64,000 nt of DNA from the NCBI GenBank assembly GCA_000004985.1, contig GG738866.1; one strand, given 5' to 3'. The notes below the pieces were generated by a model. That model searched no databases. It saw nothing but the letters and a program-made list of their open reading frames with translations, and was not told the DNA's origin. A program made the position numbers and the translations under genes. Positions 19,974-32,274 of the stretch are shown one piece after another; the stretch's first letter is position 1, and each line of letters starts with the position of its first letter. The stretch comes from Naegleria gruberi. Its lineage: Eukaryota.

Positions 19974-21621
19974 CTATCTCCTTGGAAATGGAATGGAATA
20001 ACCTCCAAAGGAACACAATTTTGAAGGAGTTTTCAAAGGTTGGAATTTGGTGCTATTTCCAAAATCCCCAAAAGCCAAATCGAAAGCTCTCAAAAGTGAA
20101 AAGGTAAAGTTTGGTTCCTTAACTGTCTTGACATTAATCTTGGTGGTGAGAGTGGCAAAATCATCCAATGCTTTCTGAGAGGAAAATTTAATAAAAACAA
20201 ATTTCTCATCATTTGTAATGTTTGATTTTATCATTTCCACATCCAATCTATTTTCATTCAATATAGTATTCCACCAATTTTAATATTTTCATAAATATTC
20301 CAATAAAAAGATTAAAAACTTACACTGTTGTGGATGAATTCATTTCATCTTCAAAAATGGCATTCAAAAGAGTTTGTCTCAATTCTTCATTCAAAACATA
20401 TTCAGGTTGGGTCAGTAATTTGTACCACATTGAGGTTGAAATAGAGATCCACGTTCCAAAATATCCATAATTCAAGTATGGTGAAAATGCTTGTTTGATC
20501 TTGGTTCTCTTCTTCTTCTTTGGTTCTGTAGCATCATAAAATCTGTTATGATTAATCACAGACATGATACTGATTCTGTGTAACAAATCAACAACAAAGT
20601 GTTGTTGATTAGTCTTTTTAGCATCGTATTTTCTCGTAGCAGACCATTCACAACATACTTTTGAAACTGTATTGAATACAGAATCAATTTCATACATTGT
20701 GTAAACAGTCTCTATTTCTATAAGTTCTGACATGGAAATATCCTTCCTACGAACACAGGCAATTCCACTCTCACTCCAATCAATACAGAATGGACCAATA
20801 ACTATGGAAAAGTAGAAGGCTCCAAGTGGATACTCTTCATCGGTGAGATCCTTTCTGTGATTCAGTAATAATTGTACAGTGATGAAAGGTTTTTCAGTGT
20901 CATCATCAACAGATACGCTTGAATCTGGATTCATGTAGAAAAATTTAAATCTCTCTGGAATGGCCAAGTTTTGAGCAATTTCCTCAAGTTTGGATTCATC
21001 TGTTAAACATGAAAGAGAATTAATATTTTTCAATTTCTTTACAATATTTTCAATGGAATGTGCTTCTTGTGGTGTCAGTTTTGTGAATTTTGGAAGATCT
21101 TTAGAAAAATCATGAATCTCATCAGAGGATTGGCAGAAAGGGAATTCTATATCTCTTCCAATCGATCTATCTAGCATGCTACCACAATATGTGACAGGAA
21201 TTTCATGAAATCTCTTTCTCTGCAATGATAAAAATGTTTCAATAATATTCAAATCCCATTCTCTTTCCACTATTGCTGATGTTGTAGGGTTTGATTTCCT
21301 CTTTTCATCCTGTTCTACTATTGATTTTTCATTACTATTCATCGATTGTTGTTCAATAACATCCACTTGAGAAGAGGTTGTAAGATTCTTATGTCTTGAA
21401 ATGCTCTTGAGAGTTTCTGTCATGTCCTCAACTCTGGTAATTTTAACTGATTCTGCTGTTTTAATACATTCATCAATATCATCCATTCCGACCATATCAA
21501 AAATCAAAGGGTGATCACTTGCAAGAGTATTTATCACATTAATAGCTGCATCATTCGGAATGACCATTACCAAATCATACAATCCAAGCTTGGTATAATC
21601 CTGAATTTCATCAAATACCAT
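19974..21621 (-). CDS. Hypothetical protein, two exons, about 523 aa.
   Basis: complement(join(19974..20247,20324..21621)). The 433-aa upstream ORF ends ..STTV at a GTAAGT donor. A 76-nt intron ends in ..AAAATAG. The downstream ORF (LDVEMIKSNITNDEKFVF...) continues in frame (phase 2). No domain recognised. Confidence 0.55.
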
Positions 21622-21700
21622 ACTCTCCTGAATGGCTTTTAAAAATCAACCAAATAATCAATTATTCATCAATCACAACGTTCATTACAAATTCCGATGA

Positions 21701-21919
21701 TCAAATAATCAATTCTTTCAAAATATTCAACCTACCATCCACAATACTCTGATCAAACTCCTTCTCCTTCAACCACAATACAAATTGCTCCTTCCTCCAC
21801 TCTTCAATAGGACCAGTTGATAGAGTCTCCTCACCACTCCGAGAACCAGAAAAAAACGCTTTGAAGAATTTTCGCATTTTTTCAAGATTTTTATTTTCTG
21901 TTGCCACAAATTTATTCAT
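21701..21919 (-). CDS. Small ORF, 72 aa, possibly SAM-like. Weak.
   Basis: Complete ORF (..WRKEQFVLWLKEKEFDQSIVDGRLNILKEL). No splice donor links it to the gene downstream. Confidence 0.2.
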   Translation of the reverse strand: MNKFVATENKNLEKMRKFFKAFFSGSRSGEETLSTGPIEEWRKEQFVLWLKEKEFDQSIVDGRLNILKELII

Positions 21920-22176
21920 CTCACTAAATTGTCAATTTAGAAATGGAGAACAATTGTTTCAGGTCATGGGCTCATGTTGGTTGTGGTGATATAGTTTAGA
22001 TGAGGATCTTTACAGCAACAGCAGCTTAGGGTTAAGGAGAGCAGTTTGATAATGAAATTGGTGAGGGTTTTATTTTGTTTGGAATGCACAAATCAACCTT
22101 AAAAAAGGAAGATTTAAGCGGGTGGATTAATGTTACATGGGATAAGATGTGGACTATGGTTATGGATGCACAATGG

Positions 22177-22431
22177 TTATTTCCTGTAGGTCTTGTTTGC
22201 AAACTCTTCAAATTCTTTCTTGTATTCTGCTAGAGTTGTATTCATTTCTCTAAGGATGATATAGGAAGAAGAAACTCCCTTCTTTGAGTGTTCTAGTTGT
22301 GATCGAAGCTGTGTTACATTCTTTGAGAAGGATTGAAGACCCTTCCCCATTTCTTTAAGCTCTGCACTAATATCATGAGCAATCATGAGATTATGGGAAG
22401 GTGAAATATACTTGTTCGGTGATTGATTCAT
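22177..22431 (-). CDS. Small coiled-coil protein, 84 aa.
   Basis: Complete ORF with amphipathic heptads (..LKEMGKGLQSFSKNVTQLRSQLEHSKK....LAEYKKEFEEFANK). Family not identified. Confidence 0.35.
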   Translation of the reverse strand: MNQSPNKYISPSHNLMIAHDISAELKEMGKGLQSFSKNVTQLRSQLEHSKKGVSSSYIILREMNTTLAEYKKEFEEFANKTYRK

Positions 22432-22665
22432 TGATGAATAAAGGTGATAAGTGGAATTTTTGGATCAGGAATAATAATCGGAGAGATTGTTTGTCAACGA
22501 CTGATAATGATGAAATCTTTGGATAACAAGAAGGTAGACCCATAAAGAACAATAACTTCTTTCCAAAGTCTCACTGTAATAGTGATGATGATGTCTTGTT
22601 TTTTTATTAAGATTGAGAATTTGGAATGAACAGAGATTATTGCCTCCCGCCCTTCAAGCACAATT

Positions 22666-23543
22666 TTATTGCCCCTTTCTCTTGATCAAATCAGTCACTG
22701 CTTGCCTTACTTCCTTCTTGTCAAATGCTCCGAATTCATCAAAAAGATCATTCACATACCAGGAGTGATGGACTGTGCAGGAAGATGCTTTATACTTGGA
22801 GAAGAGCGAGTTTAAGGTTGGGAAATGAACCGAAATTTGATATTTTGGACAATTTCTCTTTTGAGCTTCTTCTTCATCTTCATCATAGACATCACTTTCA
22901 ATTCTCACATATCCGTATTGCATTGAGTAAGCCAAAAGGAATGTACCTTGTTCGAAAAAGTAACCATTGAGTGTGAGGGAGAATATAACAGTTACATAAC
23001 TATTGATTTTGTAAAAATTCAAATAGATCGAGAACAATTTTAAATTATTATTAAATTCAATGAGAATAATTATTAAATAATATTAATATTAATAATATCA
23101 ACAATAAATCAATTCATGCGTGAATATAAATTTCCAACAATAATTCATCCATTATTATTATAAAATTAATCAACTCGTAAAGATACATACGCAATACATA
23201 AAAACAAAGCATAGAGTGGATTTTTAGTAAAATAGGCTGTAACAGCACCTCCACAAGCCAAAAATCCAACAATTAATTTAATATTACTCAAAGTAGTATC
23301 CTCCTTGAATCCCTTTTCTTCCAAAAGAATCGATCGGACAGCAGAATCCAATGTATATTTAATAGAATACAAATCATAGACATTTAAAATTGGTTTCCTC
23401 TCCTGTTGTTCAACAATTGGTGTTGTTGAGGTTGGTGATGAGGTAGATGAATCGCCACTTGTTGTTGCTACACCACCTGATGGTATGACTGGAGTCTGAT
23501 CCTCTTCATTCAATGCAAAACCTTGTCGTTGTTGGAGTTCCAT
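22666..23543 (-). CDS. spcs2: Signal peptidase complex subunit 2 (SPC25/SPCS2), two exons, about 228 aa.
   Basis: complement(join(22666..22999,~23191..23543)). Exon 1 is MELQQRQ...KPILNVYDLYSIKYTLDSAVRSILLEEKGFKEDTTLSNIKLIVGFLACGGAVTAYFTKNPLYALFLCIA, ending at a GTATGT donor. A ~190-nt AT-rich intron follows. Exon 2 is YVTVIFSLTLNGYFFEQGTFLLAYS.... This aligns with metazoan SPCS2 (KWDGSAVKNSLDDSAKKVLLEKY...ICTISCFFAIVALIWDY...[32 protein letters not shown]). The exon-1 boundary is uncertain by +/-2 nt. Confidence 0.8.
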
Positions 23544-23832
23544 TCTCTTTGTGTGTTTGCTGATTGGTTTTTTTAATTTAAATTTTTTGAAAATTGTTTT
23601 AAAAAAATAATTGAAAAACTGTTTACCATCTTTTGCCACGCATTGTTCTTCTCCTTCGCCTACACGTGTTCCACAACCAAAAACACGATCTGAGAGACAA
23701 TTTTGACCTACTTTAAAAATCAACCAATATTATAATTGTGTTGTAATATCCGAATAATTTCTTATCGTATAATAGAGTGAAAAACGTTTTGCATTCTTCT
23801 ACGTATTTTTGTAAATTAAATTGATCATCAAC

Positions 23833-24861
23833 ATGTCCAATAATAATTTGAGAAAGACGAGTGAGGATCCAAAGAAGAGTGTGCAACCATCTTCATCCAA
23901 ATCCACTCCAAAACCTAATCCGATGACAAAAACCTCATCTTCCTCTTCATTGAATGCATCATCTTCCTCTGCTGCAAAAAAGAAGGAACAACCAACAAAT
24001 TCATCTAGCAAACCATCTTCATCCTCCTCATCCAATTCAACATCTTCATCCTCTAGGAAACCTCCAAGTGGTGCCTCATCCACCACTTCTGCTGCTCCTT
24101 TGAAAAAACAAACCAGTTCCAATTCCTTGTCATCTTCATCCTCTCAAAAATCCTCTTCCACCACAAGTAATAACAGCAGCAACACTTCCACCAAGAAATC
24201 CACCACCAATAATTCAGAATCAAGCTCTAGCAAATCAACTAGTTCTGGAACAACACCTAGAAAATCCAAGGACGACAAGACTATTCCACCATCCCCATCA
24301 AGAAGAAAATCAGCAACATCAGCCTCTTCATCATCCCCAATGAATGGAGTTAAAAGAAAGAGAATTACAGATTCTTCCTCCGAATTACAAGGATTGAAGG
24401 GTGAAGTTGCTCGTGGTCGTTCAGACAAGATTTCCAATCTTCTTGGAGATTCCATCGAAGAAAAGAAACGTAAAAAAACTAAAATTATTGATGACGATGA
24501 AACCAATGAGGATAAATCTGAAGTCAAGAAGAATTCCTCCAATAATAAGGACACTAGTAGCAGCAGTGGCAATAATAGTGAAAATAAGAAATCTAGCACT
24601 ACCACTAGTCATAAGAAATCCTCTTCTCATGTCAGTAGTGTGAGACCTCAATCATCATCAAGTCAAACTAAGGAATTGAAACACCATCAAAGAAAAACTC
24701 AAAACTCTATCAAGAAACATTTCATTTCAGTAGATAGACCAGATTTAGAAAATGATTTTCCAGACAATGATCTCACAACTGATTCCTCTGTTGTTCTATT
24801 CGATAATCAAATGTATTTGAGAACTGTTTATGAAATAATAAAGGAAAAGAGAAAATTGTAA
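23833..24861 (+). CDS. Ser-rich basic low-complexity protein, about 342 aa.
   Basis: ORF 23821..24861, with the first ATG at 23833 (MSNNNLRK). About 35% Ser, with K/R clusters (KRKRITD, KKRKKTK). The C-terminal ~60 aa are non-repetitive. Antisense ORFs 23799..24122 and 24144..24605 are compositional shadows. Confidence 0.5.
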   Translation: MSNNNLRKTSEDPKKSVQPSSSKSTPKPNPMTKTSSSSSLNASSSSAAKKKEQPTNSSSKPSSSSSSNSTSSSSRKPPSGASSTTSAAPLKKQTSSNSLSSSSSQKSSSTTSNNSSNTSTKKSTTNNSESSSSKSTSSGTTPRKSKDDKTIPPSPSRRKSATSASSSSPMNGVKRKRITDSSSELQGLKGEVARGRSDKISNLLGDSIEEKKRKKTKIIDDDETNEDKSEVKKNSSNNKDTSSSSGNNSENKKSSTTTSHKKSSSHVSSVRPQSSSSQTKELKHHQRKTQNSIKKHFISVDRPDLENDFPDNDLTTDSSVVLFDNQMYLRTVYEIIKEKRKL

Positions 24862-25850
24862 GGGAGATTCACCTATTTGTATGATTTTGTAAATTCAATT
24901 AACACGTGTTGTGTTCTGTCATTCAGTACGGAATTGTTTCCGTCAATATTAAACATTATAAAGCAATAATGCACTCACAACTTGTGATTGTATTCTGAAA
25001 TGAAACACTCAATCTTTTTGTGTCGATTTACTCTTTGATTTTGAAACATCATCAGAATTCGGTACTCTTGGAACTTGTCCAATAGTATGAGAGGATGATA
25101 GGAATTGGATTATAATTATGCTGTAATACATTATTATCGTTGTTTCAATTGGTTACATCAATAAATTGAAAGTGGCTAATCATCCACATGCCTTGAATTG
25201 TTGAAAGGCAATTACATGAAATGGATGGCAGTCAATCAATTCATTCAATGATAATGTTATTATTGCAGCTTGTGTGCTGACGTTAGAACTTTATTGTAAA
25301 TTGTGTAGGCTCATGTTAATAAAATCCATCACTGAACATCCATCTTTCTACAATTTGTATTACACATCCCATTCAAAAGAGAGGTGCAATTTTAATGTAG
25401 AATCACCAATTAGTTGTTTCATACAAAGTTCTCTGTGTATTAAAGTTTTGCTTGACATCGCTGCTGCTGGAATCATCAACGGTACGATAAAGGAACGCAT
25501 ACACAAGCAACGTTTTGTAAAGAACACAAAAAAACAAAGCATTAAAAAAAAATTCTTCAAGCTCCTTCTCAACTAAGAGCCAAAGAAAACAGGCGTAGTA
25601 TCTTATACATTATTAACTTCGCGCAATCTAGCACAATCCAGAATCTTTTTGATTTGTTTGAAGCAAAAGCTGTCTTTTTTCCCATTGATAGCTATCAAAA
25701 TATTATCAAGTATTATTAACAAGTAATAGTTTATTATTATTCGTTCTACTACAAAGCTAATCTATACAAAGTAGTAGCAAAAACTATTTCCTACAACAAA
25801 ATTTTCTCAACCATATTGCAATTATCCACCTCATCTTGTAAATACAGAAA

Positions 25851-27707
25851 ATGAGTACAAGCACGAACAGAACCCATCCTGTTATTCAGCAGCCACCATC
25901 TGATCAAAAAAGTAGTTCTAGACCACCATCAAAACAACCAGGTGGATCAAGAGGAGGTAAACAAACAGTCTATAGCAGCAGTAACAGTACTTCTAGCACC
26001 AACACAACAAGTAGCGCCAATACAACCAATAATTCTACTAACAATGTGGCCAGTAACGGTTCAGGTAGCAATAACAACAGCAGAAATAGAAGATACTATA
26101 ACAACAATACAACCAATAACAATTCTAACTCCTCAGCAAGTAATTTAAACAACAACAATAATAATAATCAAAATAGAAACAACCAAAACACCAACAATAA
26201 TCAAAGTAATACCAACAATAATAACAACAATAGAGGAGGAAGATTCAATTCAAAGCAATCATACAACCATCATCGTAATCTCCTGGAGAATATGAACAAA
26301 GTTAATGAGAATCTCCACCAAGAAATACCTCAACAATCAACAACCACTCCATCCACCTCCGTCCCTACCACTTCTCCAACTACCGCTCCAAAATTGTCAT
26401 ATTCAGCAATTGTTGGTGGACAAACAGTCACTGACGATATCAACGAACTAGATACTCATAAACCATCCAACTTGGCTATTGCTAAAGAATTGGTTCAAGA
26501 CGAATTATGGAAAGATAAGCTTAGTTTGCCACCTAGAGATGACCGTATGCAAACTGAAGATGTTACACTTACCAAAGGTTCTGACTTTGAAGAATTCGGC
26601 TTAAAGAGAGAATTATTGATGGGTATCTTTGAAAAGGGTTTCGAAAGACCATCTCCCATCCAAGAACAAACTGTCCCATTAGCTCTTTTCGGTAGAGACA
26701 TTTTGGCCAGAGCCAAGAACGGTACTGGTAAGACTGCTGCTTTCATTATTCCTTGTCTTGAAAGAGTTGATACTTCAAAGAATCAAATCCAAATTTTGAT
26801 TTTGGTTCCAACAAGAGAATTGGCTTTGCAAACAAGTCATGTTTGTAAAGAAATCGGAAAGTACCTCAACGTTGAAGTCATGGTTACCACAGGTGGTACT
26901 TCTTTGAAAGATGATATTGTTAGACTTTACAAGCCTGTTCACATTCTCGTAGGTACACCAGGTAGAATTATCGATCTTGCTAGCAAGGGTGTTGCTAACT
27001 TGAACAATGTTTCCATGTTGGTCATGGATGAAGCTGACAAACTTTTGAGTCCTGAATTTGTTCCATTGATTGAAAAACTTATTTCATTCGTTCCTCCATC
27101 TCGTCAAATCCTCTTATTCTCTGCTACCTTCCCAATTACTGTTAAGGACTTTAGAGACAAATGGCTCACCAAACCATACGAAATCAATTTGATGGACGAG
27201 TTAACACTCAAAGGTGTAACCCAATACTATGCCTTTGTCGAAGAAAGACAAAAAGTTCACTGTCTTAACACTTTATTCTCTAAGCTACAAATCAACCAAT
27301 CTATTATCTTCTGTAACTCTGTTAACAGAGTTGAATTGTTGGCCAAGAAGATTACTGAACTTGGTTATAGTTGTTTCTACATCCATGCCAAGATGCCACA
27401 AGATTTGAGAAACCGTGTCTTCCACGACTTTAGAAATGGTGCTTGCAGAAACTTGGTGTCTTCCGACTTGTTCACCAGAGGTATCGATATTCAAGCTGTT
27501 AACGTTGTTATCAACTTTGACTTCCCAAAGAACTCTGAAACCTATCTCCACAGAATCGGTAGATCTGGTAGATATGGTCACTTGGGTTTGGCAATTAACT
27601 TTGTTACCTATGAAGACAGATTTAACTTGTACAAGATTGAACAAGAATTGGGTACTGAAATTAAGCCAATACCTCCAACTATTGACAAGAATTTGTATGT
27701 CGCTTAA
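25851..27707 (+). CDS. ddx6: DEAD-box ATP-dependent RNA helicase of the DDX6/Dhh1/Me31B type, with an Asn/Ser/Thr-rich N-terminal extension.
   Basis: All helicase motifs are present in order. Q-motif [26 protein letters not shown]. Motif I AKNGTGKT. Ia PTRELA. Ib TPGR. II DEAD (MDEADKLL). [22 protein letters not shown]. The core is near-identical to DDX6 orthologues. Single exon. Confidence 0.92.
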   Translation: MSTSTNRTHPVIQQPPSDQKSSSRPPSKQPGGSRGGKQTVYSSSNSTSSTNTTSSANTTNNSTNNVASNGSGSNNNSRNRRYYNNNTTNNNSNSSASNLNNNNNNNQNRNNQNTNNNQSNTNNNNNNRGGRFNSKQSYNHHRNLLENMNKVNENLHQEIPQQSTTTPSTSVPTTSPTTAPKLSYSAIVGGQTVTDDINELDTHKPSNLAIAKELVQDELWKDKLSLPPRDDRMQTEDVTLTKGSDFEEFGLKRELLMGIFEKGFERPSPIQEQTVPLALFGRDILARAKNGTGKTAAFIIPCLERVDTSKNQIQILILVPTRELALQTSHVCKEIGKYLNVEVMVTTGGTSLKDDIVRLYKPVHILVGTPGRIIDLASKGVANLNNVSMLVMDEADKLLSPEFVPLIEKLISFVPPSRQILLFSATFPITVKDFRDKWLTKPYEINLMDELTLKGVTQYYAFVEERQKVHCLNTLFSKLQINQSIIFCNSVNRVELLAKKITELGYSCFYIHAKMPQDLRNRVFHDFRNGACRNLVSSDLFTRGIDIQAVNVVINFDFPKNSETYLHRIGRSGRYGHLGLAINFVTYEDRFNLYKIEQELGTEIKPIPPTIDKNLYVA

Positions 27708-28251
27708 GCTGATTTAATTTATTATCAAACAGCCCTAAGAGTTGTTTCTCTCAAAAGGAGACAATTTTCCTCCCACCAAATCTTTTCTCCCTCCAAATTT
27801 GTATTACATGGTTCCTTTCTATAAGCTCTCAACGCCATAACCTAATCAATATTTCACTATTATTCAAACAGTGTCATATTTTGAACCATGTGAGTCTTAA
27901 ATATCCGAGAGCTTGGGCATTCTTTGCTCCTATTCATATTATTGGTGCTAATAAATGTTTCTTCACCAAGTTTTTTATTATCTTATTCTCTTCATGAAAA
28001 ACAATTCACTTTTGCAGTAGAAATGAAATTGATACAACATTCTTCTACAGAATAGATTTATTTCATAATTTGAAAATTATTTTTAAATTTCAATTACAAA
28101 TATCAAATGCCTTTTATAACTACATGGAAAGAACCAGGTGGTAATATTAAGGGCAAACGTAATTATTGTAAATAATAACAATGAATCCAATTTAACCTTC
28201 CAATTCACATCAAATTAGAATCCAACACAATTAACAAAAAATCAAAAAAAA

Positions 28252-30246
28252 ATGGGCGACATGATTTTCGATCAGTTGGAAGACTTGGGAAACGATACCT
28301 TCTCAGAGTTTGAACCAGTCGGTTTTAATACCTCCTCCATATCTATCAATTGTGGAAGTTCGAATGGTGCTCCATCTAGTCCATACTATTACGGGTCCGA
28401 TTATATTAGTAACGGAAGTGTAGAGGCTGAAGATTCATCCATGATGATGGCTTTCGATGGTGCTACTACTAATAATAATGGAAATTCAGCTAGTGGATCA
28501 AATTCTCTATCATCCAGTTATAATAGTAGTGGTATGATGATGCCATATCATACAGCTCCTCCATCACCTTCAAATTATTCTCATGATGGAAGTTATCAAA
28601 ATATGCCTTCCGAATATAATAGCATGATGGATCATCATGGTTATTCTGATTCTAATTATTCAAATAATCAATCAATGAATTCATCTGCTCATCATCATCA
28701 ATATCAACAACACTATCAACAACAACAACAAAATTCATATAGACACTCTGATATTGTATATAATAATAATGAATCATTTGAGTTTGTAGAGAGAAAGCAA
28801 ACATTGCCATCTATTAGTGGTCAATATCATCCATCGACAGTTCCAATGGGTCAATTACCACCAAATGTTTTGGGAGATTTATTGGTAAAGAATGTTTTCA
28901 TTCAAGATCATACAGGAAAGAATTTAGATAGTACTTCTATCAGTAATTGCATTTTGAAATGTCAATCTGGGTTTTTTGGTATGGTTTTTGAAGATAGCTT
29001 TTATGGACCTTCCATTTCTCAATTCTATCCAAGTGATATTGTAACTGTTGTAAGACAATGTGATAGAATTGGTGTTTATGTTCAATTTAGAAGATTTTTA
29101 ACTTGTAAAAATGTAGCAATGGATGGACTCAAATCAAGATTTCCATCACTTCAAGATTATCAATGGGCCAATTATGCTGATGAACATACTTGGACAGATT
29201 CTAGAGCTCAATTCTATAAGGACAGTCCTTTGAGTACTTGTCTCTATTTAATGATTGAATTTTACAATGATAATCAAATTCAATATTTATTCCACTATTT
29301 TGAAAATTCGATAAGACTCTTGGAGTGTCTCAAGATGGTCTATCCACAATGGATGTTTTGCGCTCATTTCTGTACATCGAATGATGTTCAACTCATTTGT
29401 TTGGCAGTTCAAAATAAGCAATTCTCTAAGGAAATTGACAATTATGTTAGTGTGCAGGCAAGTGAATCGAGTGTACATGATCAAACAGTTGAAAGTTCTA
29501 TACTTCCTGATTTGAATGAAAAGCAGGAACCAATCTCTTCAAGAACTGGATTCACAGCCAAGTGGGCTAAGAAGGCCAACTCTAATGTTCAAGTGGGAGT
29601 TCTGACCACCATGAAGCAATATCACTTTAAGAATAAGAATACTAAATCTTCTTCATCAAGAAATAGAAGATCTATGATTGACTTTAAGAAGATTGAACTT
29701 GTTGTACCTCCAAACTTTTACAATATGGCTCTTGAGGTTAGAAAGTTCTGTGAAGAGCTTCTTGTTGGTGGTAGAATTTTACCTTATCAATTGAGTGTTG
29801 GATTGTGTAGTACACTTGCCATTGCCCAAACCGATCAAGCCAAGGTTAGAGCTCAACAAGTTCTCAAATCTCTCTCCAAGCATCCAAATGTTCAATTGAA
29901 GAACATGTCAGCCATTGCAAGATTTATTTTATCATCTAACGAAAAGTCTACTCCTAACTTGAAAGAACAAACAAAAATACCATCTTCCAACTCTTCTACC
30001 ACACTTGTTACAAGCTCCTCGTCTTCTTCCCTCATCGAACATACTCCACAAAGAAAGAAGAGCATTTCTAACTATGATGAAACGCTCAATCTTTTCAGTA
30101 AGCTGCGTCTGACAAATAATGAACAATCAGAGTATGGTAAGAATTCATCCTCCTCCTCAGCTAGCTCACAAGTTACAAGAAGAAACAGCTCAGCTTCAAG
30201 TAATGGCTTGAAAAATGCTGAAAGAGATGGCTGCATCATTTCATAA
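28252..30246 (+). CDS. Hypothetical protein, 664 aa. The N-terminal third is low-complexity, followed by a globular region.
   Basis: Complete single ORF. The globular part (..CQSGFFGMVFEDSFYGPSISQFYPSD..RFLTCKNVAMDGLKSRFPSLQDYQW..) has no motif I can assign; a longin/DENN-like fold is only a guess. Confidence 0.5.
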   Translation: MGDMIFDQLEDLGNDTFSEFEPVGFNTSSISINCGSSNGAPSSPYYYGSDYISNGSVEAEDSSMMMAFDGATTNNNGNSASGSNSLSSSYNSSGMMMPYHTAPPSPSNYSHDGSYQNMPSEYNSMMDHHGYSDSNYSNNQSMNSSAHHHQYQQHYQQQQQNSYRHSDIVYNNNESFEFVERKQTLPSISGQYHPSTVPMGQLPPNVLGDLLVKNVFIQDHTGKNLDSTSISNCILKCQSGFFGMVFEDSFYGPSISQFYPSDIVTVVRQCDRIGVYVQFRRFLTCKNVAMDGLKSRFPSLQDYQWANYADEHTWTDSRAQFYKDSPLSTCLYLMIEFYNDNQIQYLFHYFENSIRLLECLKMVYPQWMFCAHFCTSNDVQLICLAVQNKQFSKEIDNYVSVQASESSVHDQTVESSILPDLNEKQEPISSRTGFTAKWAKKANSNVQVGVLTTMKQYHFKNKNTKSSSSRNRRSMIDFKKIELVVPPNFYNMALEVRKFCEELLVGGRILPYQLSVGLCSTLAIAQTDQAKVRAQQVLKSLSKHPNVQLKNMSAIARFILSSNEKSTPNLKEQTKIPSSNSSTTLVTSSSSSSLIEHTPQRKKSISNYDETLNLFSKLRLTNNEQSEYGKNSSSSSASSQVTRRNSSASSNGLKNAERDGCIIS

Positions 30247-30406
30247 TACACCAATTAAAGAACATTGTAAATAATTTAAATGTAAAATCCAGATCTTCTA
30301 TCAATAGGATTCAGTCCCTTACTATGAAATTCATTTTCTATTTATTCAAATCCTTTTGTAAAACTCTTTATTTCAAAGGAAGTAAAAGTAAATATACACA
30401 TTTATT

Positions 30407-31966
30407 TTATGAGACAACATTTCTTAGCAGGTTTTCCAATAATTTATCGTTTTGAATGACAGTACTCTTCAGCGAGTTGATCTTTTCCAATTTATCCAAA
30501 ATATTTTGCTCCAATTCTCTCAGTTGAGCTTGGACTGAGGAAACTTCTTGGTCAGTTTTCAGTCTTTCTTCTATTAATCGCTGTCTCTGAACTTCCACTT
30601 CCTTTCTCCACATGTCATGTTCTCTTTGCATACTGTCTAAATCTTCTTGAATGTAATCCATAGTTTTACCAAGAGGATTCACCTTGGAAACAATTGTTTG
30701 AATTTGTTCTCTCAAACTTGATAATTCTGTTGTTGTTTGTTCTTTATCCTTTTCCTTCTTACCAGTTTGCAGAACAATTCCCTTTACAGGTTCGTCACTG
30801 CTCTTTTGAGGAACAGTCTTACCTTGGGATCGTTTCTTTTCAATATCATTCTCATTTTCCATCAATTTACTCATCAAACTACCCTTTTGTTCGGTTGTAA
30901 CTTGCACAGATGATCGAACTGCATTCTTTTCAATGATAATTTGTTCCTCTTCCTTTTCTTCAGTATCATCAGTGATTAAGCCTTCAGCCCCTTTTGGTTC
31001 AATTTGGGCCTTCTCTGTTGGCATTTCCTGAGTATCAATAGTTCTTACATTGGTCTTAATTTTTGGTGGAGCTCTTCTTGCAGATTGACCTCTAGATGAG
31101 AAAGGTCTGGAATATTGAGCGAGATTTGGGTCATCCATTTGTCCTTGCATTTGCTCCTCTTGATTGCTGGGCGTAGAAGGTTTAGAAACTTCTCTTCCAG
31201 AACTTGGTCTAGAGTTGTTAGCAGGTTTTGGTTGTTGCATATCGATTGATGTTGGGGTTGTTGATCTATCATCTTTAGATGGTGTTGGTGGTTTTGTTTG
31301 AACTGGTTGTTGAGGTTTTGATGTTGACTCATTTTGTGGATTTACAGTAGTTGGAGATGTTGGTGATGGTTGTTGTGATTGTTGAGTTTGTTGAGTTTGT
31401 TGTGTTGTAGGTCTTGCTTGACCTGTTGTTTGTTGTGTTGTAGGCCTTGCTCCAGCTCCTTCAGGTGCTGAATCTTCACGTTCAGTAACATCCTTGTATT
31501 TTCCAGATTTAATTCTTTCAATTGCCTCCTTATATTTGTATTTATCCTTATTTCCAGCAGCTGTAGCAAGAGCTTTGAAGAATAAACAAGTGTTTTTTGG
31601 ATTTTCCTTTCCTTTGATTAATAAATCAACTTTTACATTCACATTCTTTCTGATGGTATGAACTACAACGTTAATTAATTGTTTTAAGAATAACGTTTTT
31701 TCGTCGGTGTTCTAAATTTCAAGATCAACAATTTTTGAATTCATCAAACTGCTTACCATTTCCTTTTTTAAAAACTCATCATCAAACAATCCTTCAGGAT
31801 AACCCGTTTCCTTTTTCAAATGAAAAACAACAGCGGCAATAAACTTGGTTGGAGGTTTTGCCAAATGTTTTTCCTGAATAGGTGGTTTGGAAATGAGAGC
31901 TTCAAGTTCTTGTTTTGTCTTTGAGAGAGCCTTCTTAGTCTCCTCATCATAGTTTTCATCACTCAT
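30407..31966 (-). CDS. ift54: Intraflagellar transport protein 54 (TRAF3IP1/MIP-T3 homologue), two exons, about 504 aa.
   Basis: complement(join(30407..31711,31757..31966)). Exon 1 ends ..GLFDDEFLKKEM at a GTAAGC donor. A 45-nt intron ends TTTAG. Exon 2 continues NTDEKTLFLKQLINVVVHTIRKNV.., matching the MIP-T3 N-terminal microtubule-binding region (..KISFLQKAIDVVVMVSG..). The C-terminus QIQTIVSKVNPLGKTMDYIQEDLDSMQREHDMWRKE...LRELEQNILDKLEKI aligns with the conserved MIP-T3 coiled-coil ([33 protein letters not shown]...). Confidence 0.8.
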
Positions 31967-32274
31967 TTTTTTTCAGTTAATGAGTTGTACTTTTCGTTGG
32001 CGGGAACTTTGTATTTTTAGATAAGCAATGTAGTTTGACTGTTTTAGAGTTTAAGCTTGTTATTTTCAAGTACCAAGTTTTTAACTGATGTACTGGATTT
32101 GTGGAATTGTTTAAGGAAAATTTGAAATCAATTCACTGAACTAATTGAAAAGCTTTTCTCATTATTTTTGATATGACAGTAAAGAAGAAATAACCTCAAA
32201 GTTTGAAAGTATTAAAAAATCCATAGACGAATGTTATTGGATATTATCTCAATAACTTGGAATGAATTAATTTA

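Noticed and set aside
21622-21919. Possibility that the 72-aa ORF at 21701..21919 is a 5' exon of the 523-aa gene downstream.
   Set aside because: There is no GT donor before its stop codon that could pair with the AAAAG acceptor preceding ATG 21621. The two are in incompatible phase.
25274-25576. 100-aa ORF in the 1-kb spacer upstream of ddx6. Also small ORFs at 47878..48144, 48900..49337, 49459..49869 and 60509..60766.
   Set aside because: They are short, AT-rich, have no motifs and poor start context. They sit in regions better explained as promoters or UTRs. They are kept out of the feature list except where marginally plausible.
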